DNA of 64,000 nucleotides from Fervidobacterium sp. (lineage in GTDB: Bacteria; Thermotogota; Thermotogae; Thermotogales; Fervidobacteriaceae): the NCBI GenBank assembly GCA_049970055.1, contig JBMFNR010000001.1, positions 256,001 through 320,000 on the forward strand, given 5' to 3'. The position numbers and the translations under genes are program-made. The notes under the pieces were generated by a model. That model saw only the letters and a list, made by a program, of their open reading frames with translations, was not told the origin of the DNA and searched no databases. Positions within the stretch are counted from its first letter, which is position 1, and every line of letters starts with the position of its first letter. Shown piece after piece: positions 1-9,493 of this stretch.

Positions 1-348
1 CTCAGTGGTATAGATGTTAATAAAATAACGCTTTTTGTATTCAGTTCTATGGGGTTCTTGACAGCTGTCTCTGGGATTTTGTACACATCAAGACTACAAT
101 CAGCAACTCCGGATGCGGGAACACTTTTTGAACTCGACGCTATAGCCGCTGCGTACGTAGGTGGTGTTTCAGCTGCTGGTGGTGTTGGAAAAGTAGCGAA
201 CTCTCTCATTGGAGCACTCGTTATGGCTTCACTCATCAACGGAATGAATCTATTAGGAGTTGGAATATCTTTGCAGTACATCATAAGAGGCCTAGTTTTA
301 GTGGTTGCTGTTGTTTTCGATATTAAAACAAGAAGTAAAGTCAGTTGA
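1..348 (+). CDS. Monosaccharide ABC transporter permease (XylH/GguB type), 5'-truncated by window edge
   Basis: Frame is open from base 1 (LSGIDVNKITLFVFSSM...). ELDAIAAAYVGG, NGMNLLGV and QYIIRGLVL are typical of CUT2 sugar permease C-termini. Confidence 0.85.
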   Translation, partial: LSGIDVNKITLFVFSSMGFLTAVSGILYTSRLQSATPDAGTLFELDAIAAAYVGGVSAAGGVGKVANSLIGALVMASLINGMNLLGVGISLQYIIRGLVLVVAVVFDIKTRSKVS

Positions 349-389
349 TACATAAGGATATGATTAGCTACATTCAGGGGGAGTCTACT

Positions 390-1505
390 TTGAAAAAAAT
401 CTTGCATTCTATGATGAAAGAGAACAATTATTCCTTACTATTGAGAACAATCTTTCACAATAAATCGATTGAACGTGTGAATTTAGTTAGACAGACAGGA
501 CTCTCTCCAAGTACTGTCACTCGATGTGTTTCACAACTTGTTGAAAATAAAATCATTATAGAGACAGGGCCCCTGGTTGAACGATCTGGCGTTGGAAGAA
601 AAGCTATAAGCTTAAAGATAAATCCTGAATCGATGAAAGTACTACTTGTGGACATTGGTGCTGAAAGAACAAATTATGCACTTGGTTTTCCAGATGGTGA
701 ATTTGAAAAGCTCGAATCTTCGAAAACACCTGAAAGATTTGAAGATATCTTGGAAAATGTCAACGGATTACTAAAAAATTATCCCAAGGTGCAAGTTGTT
801 GCCTTTTCCATTCCTGGAATGGTCGACACTGATAATGCCACAATATTGTTCGTACCAAGTCGTGGATGGAAAAATATAAAAATCGAAATTCCCGAGAAAA
901 TTGTCTATGCAGATAATGAAGCCAACTTAGCGATGATCGCAGAAGCATTTCAACATGAAAACATCAGAAAGTCCAAATGCTCAGTTTTTGTAACAGTTAG
1001 AGAAGGTGTTGGAACTGGATTGTGGATAAACGGTGTAATTTTCCGTGGACCTTCGTTCACTGCAGGTGAATTCGGCCATACCATATTTGATCTTAGTAGC
1101 AATGTTAAGTGTAGATCAGGAAACAAAGGATGTTTGGAGAGTTATATATCGATTTCATCGTACTTTGGAAAGGTAACTAAAGAATGGACCAAGTATTTAA
1201 ATGAGCTTTACTCAAGGAAAGATAAGAAAATGGATTCATATATTGAGCTTCTTTCCAAAGGTCTTGTAAATATAGTTAATGCACTTAATCCGGAATACCT
1301 CATAATCGGTGGTGAGTTGTCCGGACTTCCGAGGGAATTTTATAATGATATAGAAAAAAGAGTAAAAAAACAAGCCTTAGAGCATTCAGCTAAGATTTTA
1401 AAGGTGCTTCCATCAACCTTTACACATGATACCTACTTGTATGGTGCATTGTATGCAGTGATAGAAGAAATATTTATTCCAGAAGCCATCTCCTCTATAA
1501 GCTAG
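390..1505 (+). CDS. ROK-family transcriptional repressor (XylR/NagC type)
   Basis: N-terminal HTH (LVRQTGLSPSTVTRCVSQL), DIG, NEANLA, GVGTG and AGEFGH motifs. TTG start at 390 follows a GGGGGAG RBS. Confidence 0.9.
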   Translation: MKKILHSMMKENNYSLLLRTIFHNKSIERVNLVRQTGLSPSTVTRCVSQLVENKIIIETGPLVERSGVGRKAISLKINPESMKVLLVDIGAERTNYALGFPDGEFEKLESSKTPERFEDILENVNGLLKNYPKVQVVAFSIPGMVDTDNATILFVPSRGWKNIKIEIPEKIVYADNEANLAMIAEAFQHENIRKSKCSVFVTVREGVGTGLWINGVIFRGPSFTAGEFGHTIFDLSSNVKCRSGNKGCLESYISISSYFGKVTKEWTKYLNELYSRKDKKMDSYIELLSKGLVNIVNALNPEYLIIGGELSGLPREFYNDIEKRVKKQALEHSAKILKVLPSTFTHDTYLYGALYAVIEEIFIPEAISSIS

Positions 1506-1520
1506 ACGACAAAAATTCAT

Positions 1521-1554
1521 AACAAAAATGCAGGCTTTCGCCTGTATTTTTGTT
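1521..1554. terminator. Bidirectional intrinsic terminator
   Basis: aacaaaaatgcaggc-tttc-gcctgtatttttgtt hairpin between convergent genes. Confidence 0.8.
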
Positions 1555-1582
1555 GTGGTGCATTTTTAAAATTTTGGAATTT

Positions 1583-2143
1583 TCAGAATTTTACTTCCGG
1601 TGGATTTTCCGTACCCGGTTTTGCTTCAAAGTATTGTCTTTCTGTAAATCTGGTACCGGCTATCAAGAAATACGGGAATTTCTTTATAAGGGTGTTGTAC
1701 TCCCTCACTGATTCGTTGTAATCTTTCCTTGCAACGGCGATTCTATTCTCAGTTCCGGCAAGTTCATCCATTAATTGCCTGAAGTTAGCGTCCGATTTCA
1801 AAGTTGGATAGTTTTCTACAATGACTAGTAACCTTGAGAGCACACCGGAGAGTTCGGCATCAGCCGTTGCTTGTTCTTGTGGAGTTTGAGCACCAGCGAG
1901 TTTTGCACGCGCATTTGCAAGAGCTTCAAAAATCTCACGTTCTTGCGCTGCATATCCTTTTACTGTCTCAACAAGATTTGGTATAAGATCTGCTCTTCGT
2001 TGCAACTGATTTTGAATTTGGCTATAAGCCTCGTTTACTTTCTGTTCCAGGGCAACCATTTTGTTGTAAGCACCGATAAACCATAATGCGAAAGCTAAGA
2101 TGATAACTACAATCCCAACCAAAGCTATAACACCTTTTTTCAT
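1583..2143 (-). CDS. lemA: LemA family protein
   Basis: N-terminal TM, QRRADLIPNLVETVKGYA, ENYPTLK, TENRIAVAR..YN. ATG at 2143 follows GGAGGTG. Confidence 0.93.
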   Translation of the reverse strand: MKKGVIALVGIVVIILAFALWFIGAYNKMVALEQKVNEAYSQIQNQLQRRADLIPNLVETVKGYAAQEREIFEALANARAKLAGAQTPQEQATADAELSGVLSRLLVIVENYPTLKSDANFRQLMDELAGTENRIAVARKDYNESVREYNTLIKKFPYFLIAGTRFTERQYFEAKPGTENPPEVKF

Positions 2144-2198
2144 TGATTTCACCTCCGTATGTTCGTATATTCGTAGATAATTTATTATAACTCTTTTT

Positions 2199-3125
2199 TC
2201 AAACAATTTCTATCTTTGTATTTTCATCAACATGCCCAATTATATGTCCGGAAAGTTTTTCTGCAAGTTTTTGTGCTTGTTCTCTACTGGTTATTACTAA
2301 CATCCCATAACCCATGTTAAATGTTTTAAGTGCTTCTTGGATTTCGACGTACTGTAATATCCATCTCATGTAGTCTGGTAATTTTATAGTTATATCCCAA
2401 CCTTTGTCTTTTAAAATTCTTTTCAGTGCACGAAGTATTCCGCCACCGGTTACGTGAGCTAGTGCTTTGATCTTGTCGAAATTCACTGGAACTTCACTGT
2501 ATATCTTTGTGCCTGTTAGTAAATCAAACGGCAATTCGTGAATATTTATTTTTTCTTGTTCAATTATCTTCCTTATCAAAGACCATCCGTTCGAATGAAA
2601 GCCGCTTGCCGGTAAGCCGATTATTACATCGCCGTGTTCTACACATTCGATTGGTAATCTTTTTTGGAGTACTCCAACACAAAAACCTGCGACGTCCCAA
2701 TCACTTTCTGTGTAAATAGAGGGTATTTCAGCGGTTTCGCCTGCAACTAAAGACATATTTACACTTTCAAGTTCATAAATCAAAGCCTTTATGAATTCAT
2801 AGTGTTGCCTGTCTATGTGGTGCACTCCAAGGTAGTCGACGAAGGCTTTTGGAACCGCTCCTGCGCATATTATATCGTTGTAATTCATACCAATTAAATC
2901 TTTAGCTGCATCATGCCATCTTTCGAACTGAACGTGCAATAACAACTTTGAACCGATCCCGTCGGCAGTCACGACAACTGGTGGATCTGTGAAGGTTAAT
3001 ATAGTTGCGTATCCTGTTGGTTCTCTTAAAACCCAATCTGGAAGTTTGAGAATTGATTGGATATAATCTGTAAACTCATCGTTTCTCAACACGTCGACAC
3101 CTGATGAAGAGTAGGTGTAATTCAT
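2199..3125 (-). CDS. purM: Phosphoribosylformylglycinamidine cyclo-ligase (AIR synthase)
   Basis: YSSSGVD, DGIGSK, GETAE, SGFHSNG, HVTGGG, TFNMGYG motifs; pur cluster context. Confidence 0.93.
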   Translation of the reverse strand: MNYTYSSSGVDVLRNDEFTDYIQSILKLPDWVLREPTGYATILTFTDPPVVVTADGIGSKLLLHVQFERWHDAAKDLIGMNYNDIICAGAVPKAFVDYLGVHHIDRQHYEFIKALIYELESVNMSLVAGETAEIPSIYTESDWDVAGFCVGVLQKRLPIECVEHGDVIIGLPASGFHSNGWSLIRKIIEQEKINIHELPFDLLTGTKIYSEVPVNFDKIKALAHVTGGGILRALKRILKDKGWDITIKLPDYMRWILQYVEIQEALKTFNMGYGMLVITSREQAQKLAEKLSGHIIGHVDENTKIEIV

Positions 3126-3127
3126 AC

Positions 3128-4357
3128 TCATTCCTCCATCCATGCAATATCGCTTCTGTAGTGCATACCTTCGAAATGAATGTTTTTGATATTTTCATAT
3201 GCGTACGCTCGTGCTTGCTCTAGTGTTTGCCCCACGCCGACAGAGTGCAACACCCTACCACCGCTGACAATAAATTTTCCGTCTTTTTCACTTACACCGG
3301 CGTAGAATATATGTGAGTTCCCATTTGCATTTTCTCTTTCATCTATTGTTATTTCTTGTCCTTTCCTAGGATTTTCCGGATATCCTTCGGATGCTATTAC
3401 AACGTCGACAGCAAATTTCTGGGGAGTATATTCATTACAATTCTCATTAGTGTAGGCTTTTAAGATATTCTCCACGAAGTGCTCTGGATCCATCGCAACT
3501 ATTACCTCAGTCTCCGGATCGCCAAGTCTTACATTGTACTCAAGTACGTAAGGCTCGTTATTAACAACCATTAGCCCAATGTACAAAAATCCACGGTATC
3601 TTATTTTTTCCTTTATCAAACCATTCAAAGTCTTTGAAAATATTTCTCTGATCCTTTCTTTTAACTTTTCATCTATACTGATAGGGCCAAAAGCTCCCAT
3701 CCCGCCTGTGTTGGGGCCTTTGTTTCCCGTCAAGGCGCGTTTGTAATCTTTCGTGAATGGTAGGAGCACAAATTGATGACCGTTTATGATACTTATTGCA
3801 GATAATTCCCAACCATCTAAAAATTCATCTATAAGTACAGGTCCTTTTACGTTAGAGATCAGCTCTCCGTCAATTAACTTCTTACCTACTTGCATAGCTT
3901 CTTCGAAAGTATTGCATATAACAACGCCTTTACCTTGGGCAAGTCCATCAGCTTTAATAACGTACGGAGGACTAAACCCTTTGAGTGCATCATTTAGTGA
4001 GTGGGAGTCGGTAGCTATCATAAACCTTGCAGTTGGTATATCGTATTTTTTCATGAACCTTTTTGCGAAGATCTTTGAACCTTCTAATTGTGCACCTTCC
4101 GAATCTGGTCCAAAAACATTTGAAAGTTTGTCAGCTACCCCTTTAACAAGGTATTCTTCAGAACCGGGTATCACTAAATCGTAATTGCTCAGTTCATCAA
4201 AAGTTTTTAGCTTTATATTCTTCCCAAGGTATTTCGTACCGGCGTTTCCCGGGTAAAAGTAAACATCGTAACCAATTTTTTTAAATGCCCAACCTATTGC
4301 GTGCTCTCTTCCCCCACTTCCAAGGATACACACACTTTTAATGCCGGATTTACACAT
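3128..4357 (-). CDS. purD: Phosphoribosylamine-glycine ligase
   Basis: GSGGREHA, LEGSK, KADGLAQGKGV, GPNTGGMG, EYNVRLGDPE. Confidence 0.96.
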   Translation of the reverse strand: MCKSGIKSVCILGSGGREHAIGWAFKKIGYDVYFYPGNAGTKYLGKNIKLKTFDELSNYDLVIPGSEEYLVKGVADKLSNVFGPDSEGAQLEGSKIFAKRFMKKYDIPTARFMIATDSHSLNDALKGFSPPYVIKADGLAQGKGVVICNTFEEAMQVGKKLIDGELISNVKGPVLIDEFLDGWELSAISIINGHQFVLLPFTKDYKRALTGNKGPNTGGMGAFGPISIDEKLKERIREIFSKTLNGLIKEKIRYRGFLYIGLMVVNNEPYVLEYNVRLGDPETEVIVAMDPEHFVENILKAYTNENCNEYTPQKFAVDVVIASEGYPENPRKGQEITIDERENANGNSHIFYAGVSEKDGKFIVSGGRVLHSVGVGQTLEQARAYAYENIKNIHFEGMHYRSDIAWMEE

Positions 4358-4375
4358 ATTCTTCATCCTCCGCAT

Positions 4376-5308
4376 TTAATGTCGGAAAACTCTTATTGGA
4401 GATTTATAGAAAGTTATTCCTTTTTTCTTAGCAAATTCTAGCACTTCTTGGTCTCTTATCGAGCCCAGCGGTGCTACAACACAATTGACACCCGCATTTA
4501 TCAAAATTTCCAGACCATCTGTGAATGGAAAGAACGCGTCGGACGCAGCTATTGAATTTTTTGCTTTTTGACCGGCAAGAGTTGTTGCTATCCAGCATGA
4601 TCTTTTTCTTGATGGCTGGCCTCCGCCAATTCCGACCGTAACTCCGTCTTTGACTAAAACGATCGCATTTGACTTAACTGCCTCAGTAACAATAAGAGAG
4701 AATTTTACATCATTAACATTGTAAGGTTCACCAAATAAAAGTTCAGGCTCACCTTCAAATTTTCTTTCGGAAATTACAAGGCCACCAAATGCAATTTTTC
4801 CAACAAGCTTTTTGTACTCCTTTGGCTTGATTAACCTAATTTTCTTTTTTGATAAATATTCGATAGCTTCTTTATCAAAATTCGGGGCAACGATAACTTC
4901 TAAGTATGTTTTTAAAAATTTCGCCATTTCAATGGTGAATTCAAAACTGGTCGCAAGTATACCGCCGTACGCCGATTCGCTATCTGATTCTAATGCATTT
5001 GTTATGCATCTCATTTTTTCTTCTAAACTGTCGTTTTTCAAGTAAGCTGCACCACATGGGGTTTGGTGTTTGATTACACAAGCACCTCCGCCAACTAATT
5101 GGAGGTTTTGGGCAAGAACCCATGCAGCCTCTGCATCTAAGATATTGTTAAATGAAAGCTGTTTACCTTCGTGAAGTAGTTCAAAGGCAAGATCTCCGTA
5201 TACGCAAGCATTCTCATGTGAGTTTTCGCCATAACGCAATTCGAAAGGATTTTTTAAAAGTTCGACTTTTTCCATCTGCACATCAATAGTCTTTAAGTTA
5301 TCTCTCAT
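4376..5308 (-). CDS. purH: AICAR transformylase (PurH C-terminal domain only)
   Basis: LRYGEN, LSFNNILD, IKHQTPCG, KSNAIV, ASDAFFPF, GSIRD and terminal FRH motifs. Only ~310 aa, with no MGS-like domain. Confidence 0.88.
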   Translation of the reverse strand: MRDNLKTIDVQMEKVELLKNPFELRYGENSHENACVYGDLAFELLHEGKQLSFNNILDAEAAWVLAQNLQLVGGGACVIKHQTPCGAAYLKNDSLEEKMRCITNALESDSESAYGGILATSFEFTIEMAKFLKTYLEVIVAPNFDKEAIEYLSKKKIRLIKPKEYKKLVGKIAFGGLVISERKFEGEPELLFGEPYNVNDVKFSLIVTEAVKSNAIVLVKDGVTVGIGGGQPSRKRSCWIATTLAGQKAKNSIAASDAFFPFTDGLEILINAGVNCVVAPLGSIRDQEVLEFAKKKGITFYKSPIRVFRH

Positions 5309-5311
5309 CAC

Positions 5312-5920
5312 TTATCCCCCCACGAACTCTACTTTTCTGCCCTTTATCTTGAATGGTGTATGCAGCAATTTATCGATAATCTGCCAATAGTACTCGTGTT
5401 CAAGTTTGTGGATATGCTCCTCGAGTTCCTCCAAGTTCCAATTATCTTGAACATCTAATGCCTTTTGAAAAATTATAGGCCCAGTATCAACTCCTGCATC
5501 AACAAAGTGAATAGTTATTCCGGTTACCTTAACACCGTAATTGTAAACTTGTTTTATTGCATCTTTCCCAGGGAATGAGGGTAAAAGCGATGGGTGGATG
5601 TTTACAATCTTTGGAAAATATTTATCTACCAGCCTTTGAGGGATTATTCTCATAAATCCTGCAAGTACAATGAGATCTGGGTTTATATCATCAATCACGC
5701 GCTCGAAATAGGCATCCCAAGGTTTTTCAAGTTTAACGACCGGTATACTGAATTTATAAGCACGATTAATTGCATAACATGTTCTGTCAACAATAAGAGC
5801 GGATATCTTCGCTTTTAGCTTTCCCTCATTGCAAGATTGTGCGAGTTTTTCAAAGTTGCTACCGCTACCAGACGCACATACAACTATTTTGGGTAATCCA
5901 GATTGAAGCACCCCATGCAT
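5312..5920 (-). CDS. purN: Phosphoribosylglycinamide formyltransferase
   Basis: SGSGSN, LAGFMRI, NIHPSLLP, HFVDAGVDTGPII. Confidence 0.96.
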   Translation of the reverse strand: MHGVLQSGLPKIVVCASGSGSNFEKLAQSCNEGKLKAKISALIVDRTCYAINRAYKFSIPVVKLEKPWDAYFERVIDDINPDLIVLAGFMRIIPQRLVDKYFPKIVNIHPSLLPSFPGKDAIKQVYNYGVKVTGITIHFVDAGVDTGPIIFQKALDVQDNWNLEELEEHIHKLEHEYYWQIIDKLLHTPFKIKGRKVEFVGG

Positions 5921-7191
5921 ACGCCTTTTACCCCGCTTTCTTCGAAAACAGCTTTGTAATTTTCAATGGACAGATAAAAGAGCACATCTGCTCCGACATA
6001 ATCTTGGAGTTTTTCCAAGTCGTTTTGAGAAGCTATTAACTCACTCCTTCTTGATGTGTCAATCCCATAATTGCAAGGACCCAAAACGGGTGGTGAATGG
6101 ATACCAACATATACTTTCTTTGCTCCTGCTTCTTTTATCATATCGACTATTACTTTCATAGTGGTTCCTCTTACAATCGAATCGTCGATAAGAATTACCT
6201 CTTTCTTCTCAACTACCGAAGAAAGTGGGGCTAATTTTCTTCTTACAATATTCTGTCTGTCTTTTGGCATGATGAAGCTTCTACCTATATAATGATTTCT
6301 AATAAGCCCGTAATCTAGTGGTATTTTGGATTTTAGACTGTAACCGAGTGCTCCCGAGAAACCACTGTCAAGAACTGGTACAACAACATCGCCAACTACT
6401 TTATGCTCTTCGAATAACTTCATTCCAAGCTTTTTTCTTACTTCGTGGACATTCACACCATAGAAGTTACTGTCAGGCCTAGCAAAATAAACAAATTCGA
6501 AAGAACAAAATCTATCTTTTTTCTCTGCGAATCTAACAATCTTTGGTTTTTCATCACTTGTAAAAAATACGATCGTACCTGGTTCAATTTCGACAATATC
6601 CGTACAGCCAACGGATTTCAAAGCGCAATCTTCCGATGCCACTATGTATCCGTTGGCAAATTTTCCATAAAATAGCGGTCGTATACCATACGAATCACGT
6701 GCGGCAGCAAGAAATGTATCGTGCAAAACAACGAGGGAGTAAGCTGTTTTTATACGTGAAAGCGCCCACTGGAGGGAATCTTTTGGATTACCGTACGGTG
6801 CTGTTGAAAAATAATGAATGAAAATCTCAGAATCTAGTGTTGTTGAAAATACGCTACCATTTTCCATTATGAACTTTCTTTTTTCATCGGCATCAACAAT
6901 ATTCCCGTTATGGGCAATTGCAACCGTACCTTTGTAAGTGTGAGCGACGAGGGGTTGGATTTCGTGAATCGATCCGTAAGTTGAGTACCTGACATGTCCG
7001 ATTGCACAGTTACCTTCAATGAATCTTTCGTCTGTTAGTACATGTTCGACTAATCCTTCTCCTTTAACTTCTCGAAATCCATTTACAACAATTCCTGCAG
7101 ACTGCTGACCACGATGCTGAAGTGCCAGCAATATATCATGAACAACATTGTAGGACGCTTCAATATTCCAAGTACCTGCTACTCCACACAT
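5884..7191 (-). CDS. purF: Amidophosphoribosyltransferase (Fe-S type)
   Basis: MCG N-terminal nucleophile, LQHRGQ, GHVRYST, HNGN, DDSIVRGTT. Fe-S cysteines in CSFE, PCNYGID and CMGC. Confidence 0.96.
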   Translation of the reverse strand: MCGVAGTWNIEASYNVVHDILLALQHRGQQSAGIVVNGFREVKGEGLVEHVLTDERFIEGNCAIGHVRYSTYGSIHEIQPLVAHTYKGTVAIAHNGNIVDADEKRKFIMENGSVFSTTLDSEIFIHYFSTAPYGNPKDSLQWALSRIKTAYSLVVLHDTFLAAARDSYGIRPLFYGKFANGYIVASEDCALKSVGCTDIVEIEPGTIVFFTSDEKPKIVRFAEKKDRFCSFEFVYFARPDSNFYGVNVHEVRKKLGMKLFEEHKVVGDVVVPVLDSGFSGALGYSLKSKIPLDYGLIRNHYIGRSFIMPKDRQNIVRRKLAPLSSVVEKKEVILIDDSIVRGTTMKVIVDMIKEAGAKKVYVGIHSPPVLGPCNYGIDTSRRSELIASQNDLEKLQDYVGADVLFYLSIENYKAVFEESGVKGVCMGCFNLDYPK

Positions 7192-7240
7192 ATTGTTTCC
7201 CCCCACGGATGATTTGTTCTCTTTTTTTCTTTTTAAAGTA

Positions 7241-7266
7241 GCAGAGGAACCTCTCGGTCCCTCTGC
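7241..7266 (-). terminator. GNRA-capped hairpin between rpoZ and purF (weak terminator or stabiliser)
   Basis: Minus-strand RNA GCAGAGGGACC-GAGA-GGUUCCUCUGC followed only by UACUUU. Confidence 0.5.
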
Positions 7267-7270
7267 AAGC

Positions 7271-7501
7271 TCACTTTACATTTGGTGCAAGTATTTTCAG
7301 TATATCTTCGTTTTTAATACGCAGGTATCCTTCTTGTAACTCTTTGAATGCTATACTCACTGAATATTCGTCTGGTGTGGTCACAAAAGGTTTGGCAAAA
7401 TCATTTATTGCCTCAGCCCTTTTGGCAACAACAACAGGTATAGCATATTTGTAAGGGATTTTTTGGAGTAATTTATCGTATTGAATGACAAGTTTGCTCA
7501 A
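7271..7501 (-). CDS. rpoZ: RNA polymerase omega subunit
   Basis: [12 protein letters not shown] motif, 76 aa, directly downstream of gmk. Confidence 0.9.
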   Translation of the reverse strand: MSKLVIQYDKLLQKIPYKYAIPVVVAKRAEAINDFAKPFVTTPDEYSVSIAFKELQEGYLRIKNEDILKILAPNVK

Positions 7502-7518
7502 TCTATGCCACCTCCTTA

Positions 7519-8169
7519 TTATTCTTTACTCTTAATTTCAACAAGCTTTTTAACTTTTGAAAGGTACTTTTGTCTCTCGTATTTTAAACGCTCAGCATGT
7601 ATAATTGAAGAAAGATTTCGTATAGACTCCTCAAGGTCTTCGTTTATTATAAGATATTCGAATTCGGGAATATACGCTAATTCCTTTTTGGCTGTTTCAA
7701 GTCTTTTTTGGATCTTTTCCTCAGTTTCCGTACCACGCTTTCTCAGACGTTCACTGAGAACTTCGTAACTCGGTGGTGCAACAAATATGAACTTTGCATT
7801 ATTCCAATTTTTTTTTACCGTTAAAGCTCCTTGGACATCTATATCAAGTATGACATCGTAACCTTCATTTATATTTTCCCACACGAAATCGGCGGGAGTT
7901 CCGTAAAAATTATCGTGTACTTGAGCCCATTCAATAAATTTATTCTCATCAATCATCTTTTTGAACTTTTCGTGACTGATAAAGAAGTAATCGACTCCGT
8001 GTATTTCACCAGGTCTTTGCTTACGTGTCGTACATGATACGGAAAAAACAACACGCTCTACACGTTCCAAAACAGATCGTATTATGCTTGTCTTACCAAC
8101 TCCGCTGGGGCCACTTATCACGAAGAGTATACCTTTCGGATGCTGCAAATGCTCAAACGAGCTATCCAT
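7519..8169 (-). CDS. gmk: Guanylate kinase
   Basis: GPSGVGKT P-loop, SCTTR..RPGE..GVDYFF, YGT, DIDVQGA. Confidence 0.97.
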   Translation of the reverse strand: MDSSFEHLQHPKGILFVISGPSGVGKTSIIRSVLERVERVVFSVSCTTRKQRPGEIHGVDYFFISHEKFKKMIDENKFIEWAQVHDNFYGTPADFVWENINEGYDVILDIDVQGALTVKKNWNNAKFIFVAPPSYEVLSERLRKRGTETEEKIQKRLETAKKELAYIPEFEYLIINEDLEESIRNLSSIIHAERLKYERQKYLSKVKKLVEIKSKE

Positions 8170-8175
8170 GGTTTA

Positions 8176-8457
8176 TTAACCCTTTCTTATCCTTTCAAGT
8201 TGTTTTTCAATTTCGGCCATGGATTCTATGAATCTTTGAGCAATTGTTTCAGGTTGAATAGCGCTAAGAATAATATGGTTAGAGTCTGTTATAAGGATCG
8301 ATCTTGTTTTTCTTCCATAAGTTGCATCTATGAGCTTTCCTTCTTCTTTCGCATCTTCTTTCAATCTTTTAAGTGGTGCACTTTCGGGATTAACAATTGC
8401 GATAACTCTGTCACCTGCAATCACATTTCCAAATCCTATGTTTATTAAGCCAAACAT
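8176..8457 (-). CDS. remA: DUF370 / RemA family regulator
   Basis: [27 protein letters not shown]; conserved yicC-remA-gmk order. Confidence 0.92.
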   Translation of the reverse strand: MFGLINIGFGNVIAGDRVIAIVNPESAPLKRLKEDAKEEGKLIDATYGRKTRSILITDSNHIILSAIQPETIAQRFIESMAEIEKQLERIRKG

Positions 8458-8499
8458 AAAACACACCTCCCGAATTATGGTGAAATTTTTGTAATACGA

Positions 8500-9375
8500 T
8501 TACTCTATGTTCATTATTTGCTCTCTGAATTGAGAAATAACGTATTTACCTTCCAGTGCTAAATTGCTGATAATCAATGACCTGCTTTTTGAAAGTATAG
8601 TGTTGAATTCGCGTTGTATCTCTTGCGACAAAAAGTTAAGCATATCTCCTACAGGCTCATCTTTATCCAAAAGCTCATCAACACGTTGCAGGTGACTTTC
8701 CAAACGTGTTATCTCTTCTCTTATGTCAGCCCTGTCCGCTATTAGAGCAGCTGCATTCTCGAAAAGTTCCTTATTTATTTCCACGTCCTCCGGTAGTATC
8801 TCACGTATATTCGTTCTGATTCTTTCCGCCACATATTTTGGAACTTCATCTGCTCTTTCCCGAATACTTGATAAAATCGTCTTCATCTTTTCATTCATAC
8901 TGAGTAAGTCTTTTGTTAACTTTTCTCCTTCAATCTTTCTTTCACCTACAACTTTTTTCAGTGCTTCTTCGAGGACCTTCACCACAACATTCCAAGTAGA
9001 TTCTATCTCTTCGGTAGAGAATTCGAATTGGAAAATATCGCGGAAATTCAGCAGATGACTTAACTCAACAGGTACAGGAATACCTAGGTTCTCCCTGATT
9101 TCCGATAGCATATCGTAGTATGTTTTAACTAGCGAGTAATCTATAGAAAGTTGCACAGGTTTTATGAATTTAACCCAAATTCTAACAGAAACTTTTCCCC
9201 TACTTATATACTCTCTAACTTTTGCTATTGTATCGAGTTCTTTTGAATTCAGAAAGTATGGCAAAGATACATCAACGTTAAATCCCTTTGAATTAAGTGA
9301 TTTAACCTCGCACGTAATTTTGTAATCTTCTAAGATTTTTTGAATTTTTGCGTATCCAGTCATACTTTTTGGCAT
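8500..9375 (-). CDS. yicC: YicC/YloC family endoribonuclease
   Basis: KSMTGYA, EVKSLN, RGKV, DIREEITRLESH, QREFNTI.SK, REQIMNIE. Confidence 0.93.
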   Translation of the reverse strand: MPKSMTGYAKIQKILEDYKITCEVKSLNSKGFNVDVSLPYFLNSKELDTIAKVREYISRGKVSVRIWVKFIKPVQLSIDYSLVKTYYDMLSEIRENLGIPVPVELSHLLNFRDIFQFEFSTEEIESTWNVVVKVLEEALKKVVGERKIEGEKLTKDLLSMNEKMKTILSSIRERADEVPKYVAERIRTNIREILPEDVEINKELFENAAALIADRADIREEITRLESHLQRVDELLDKDEPVGDMLNFLSQEIQREFNTILSKSRSLIISNLALEGKYVISQFREQIMNIE

Positions 9376-9458
9376 ATAATGAGCCTCCTAGGTTTTCCTT
9401 AGTTATATTATACATGAAATTTCCAAAAATTCCAAGTATTTCACAAAAAATTAAAAAT

Positions 9459-9485
9459 ATGTGCGGAAGAAACTCTTCCGCACGT
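9459..9485 (-). terminator. Intrinsic terminator after tkt
   Basis: gtgcggaaga-aac-tcttccgcac hairpin followed by a U-rich tract on the minus strand. Confidence 0.75.
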
Positions 9486-9493
9486 TAATACTA

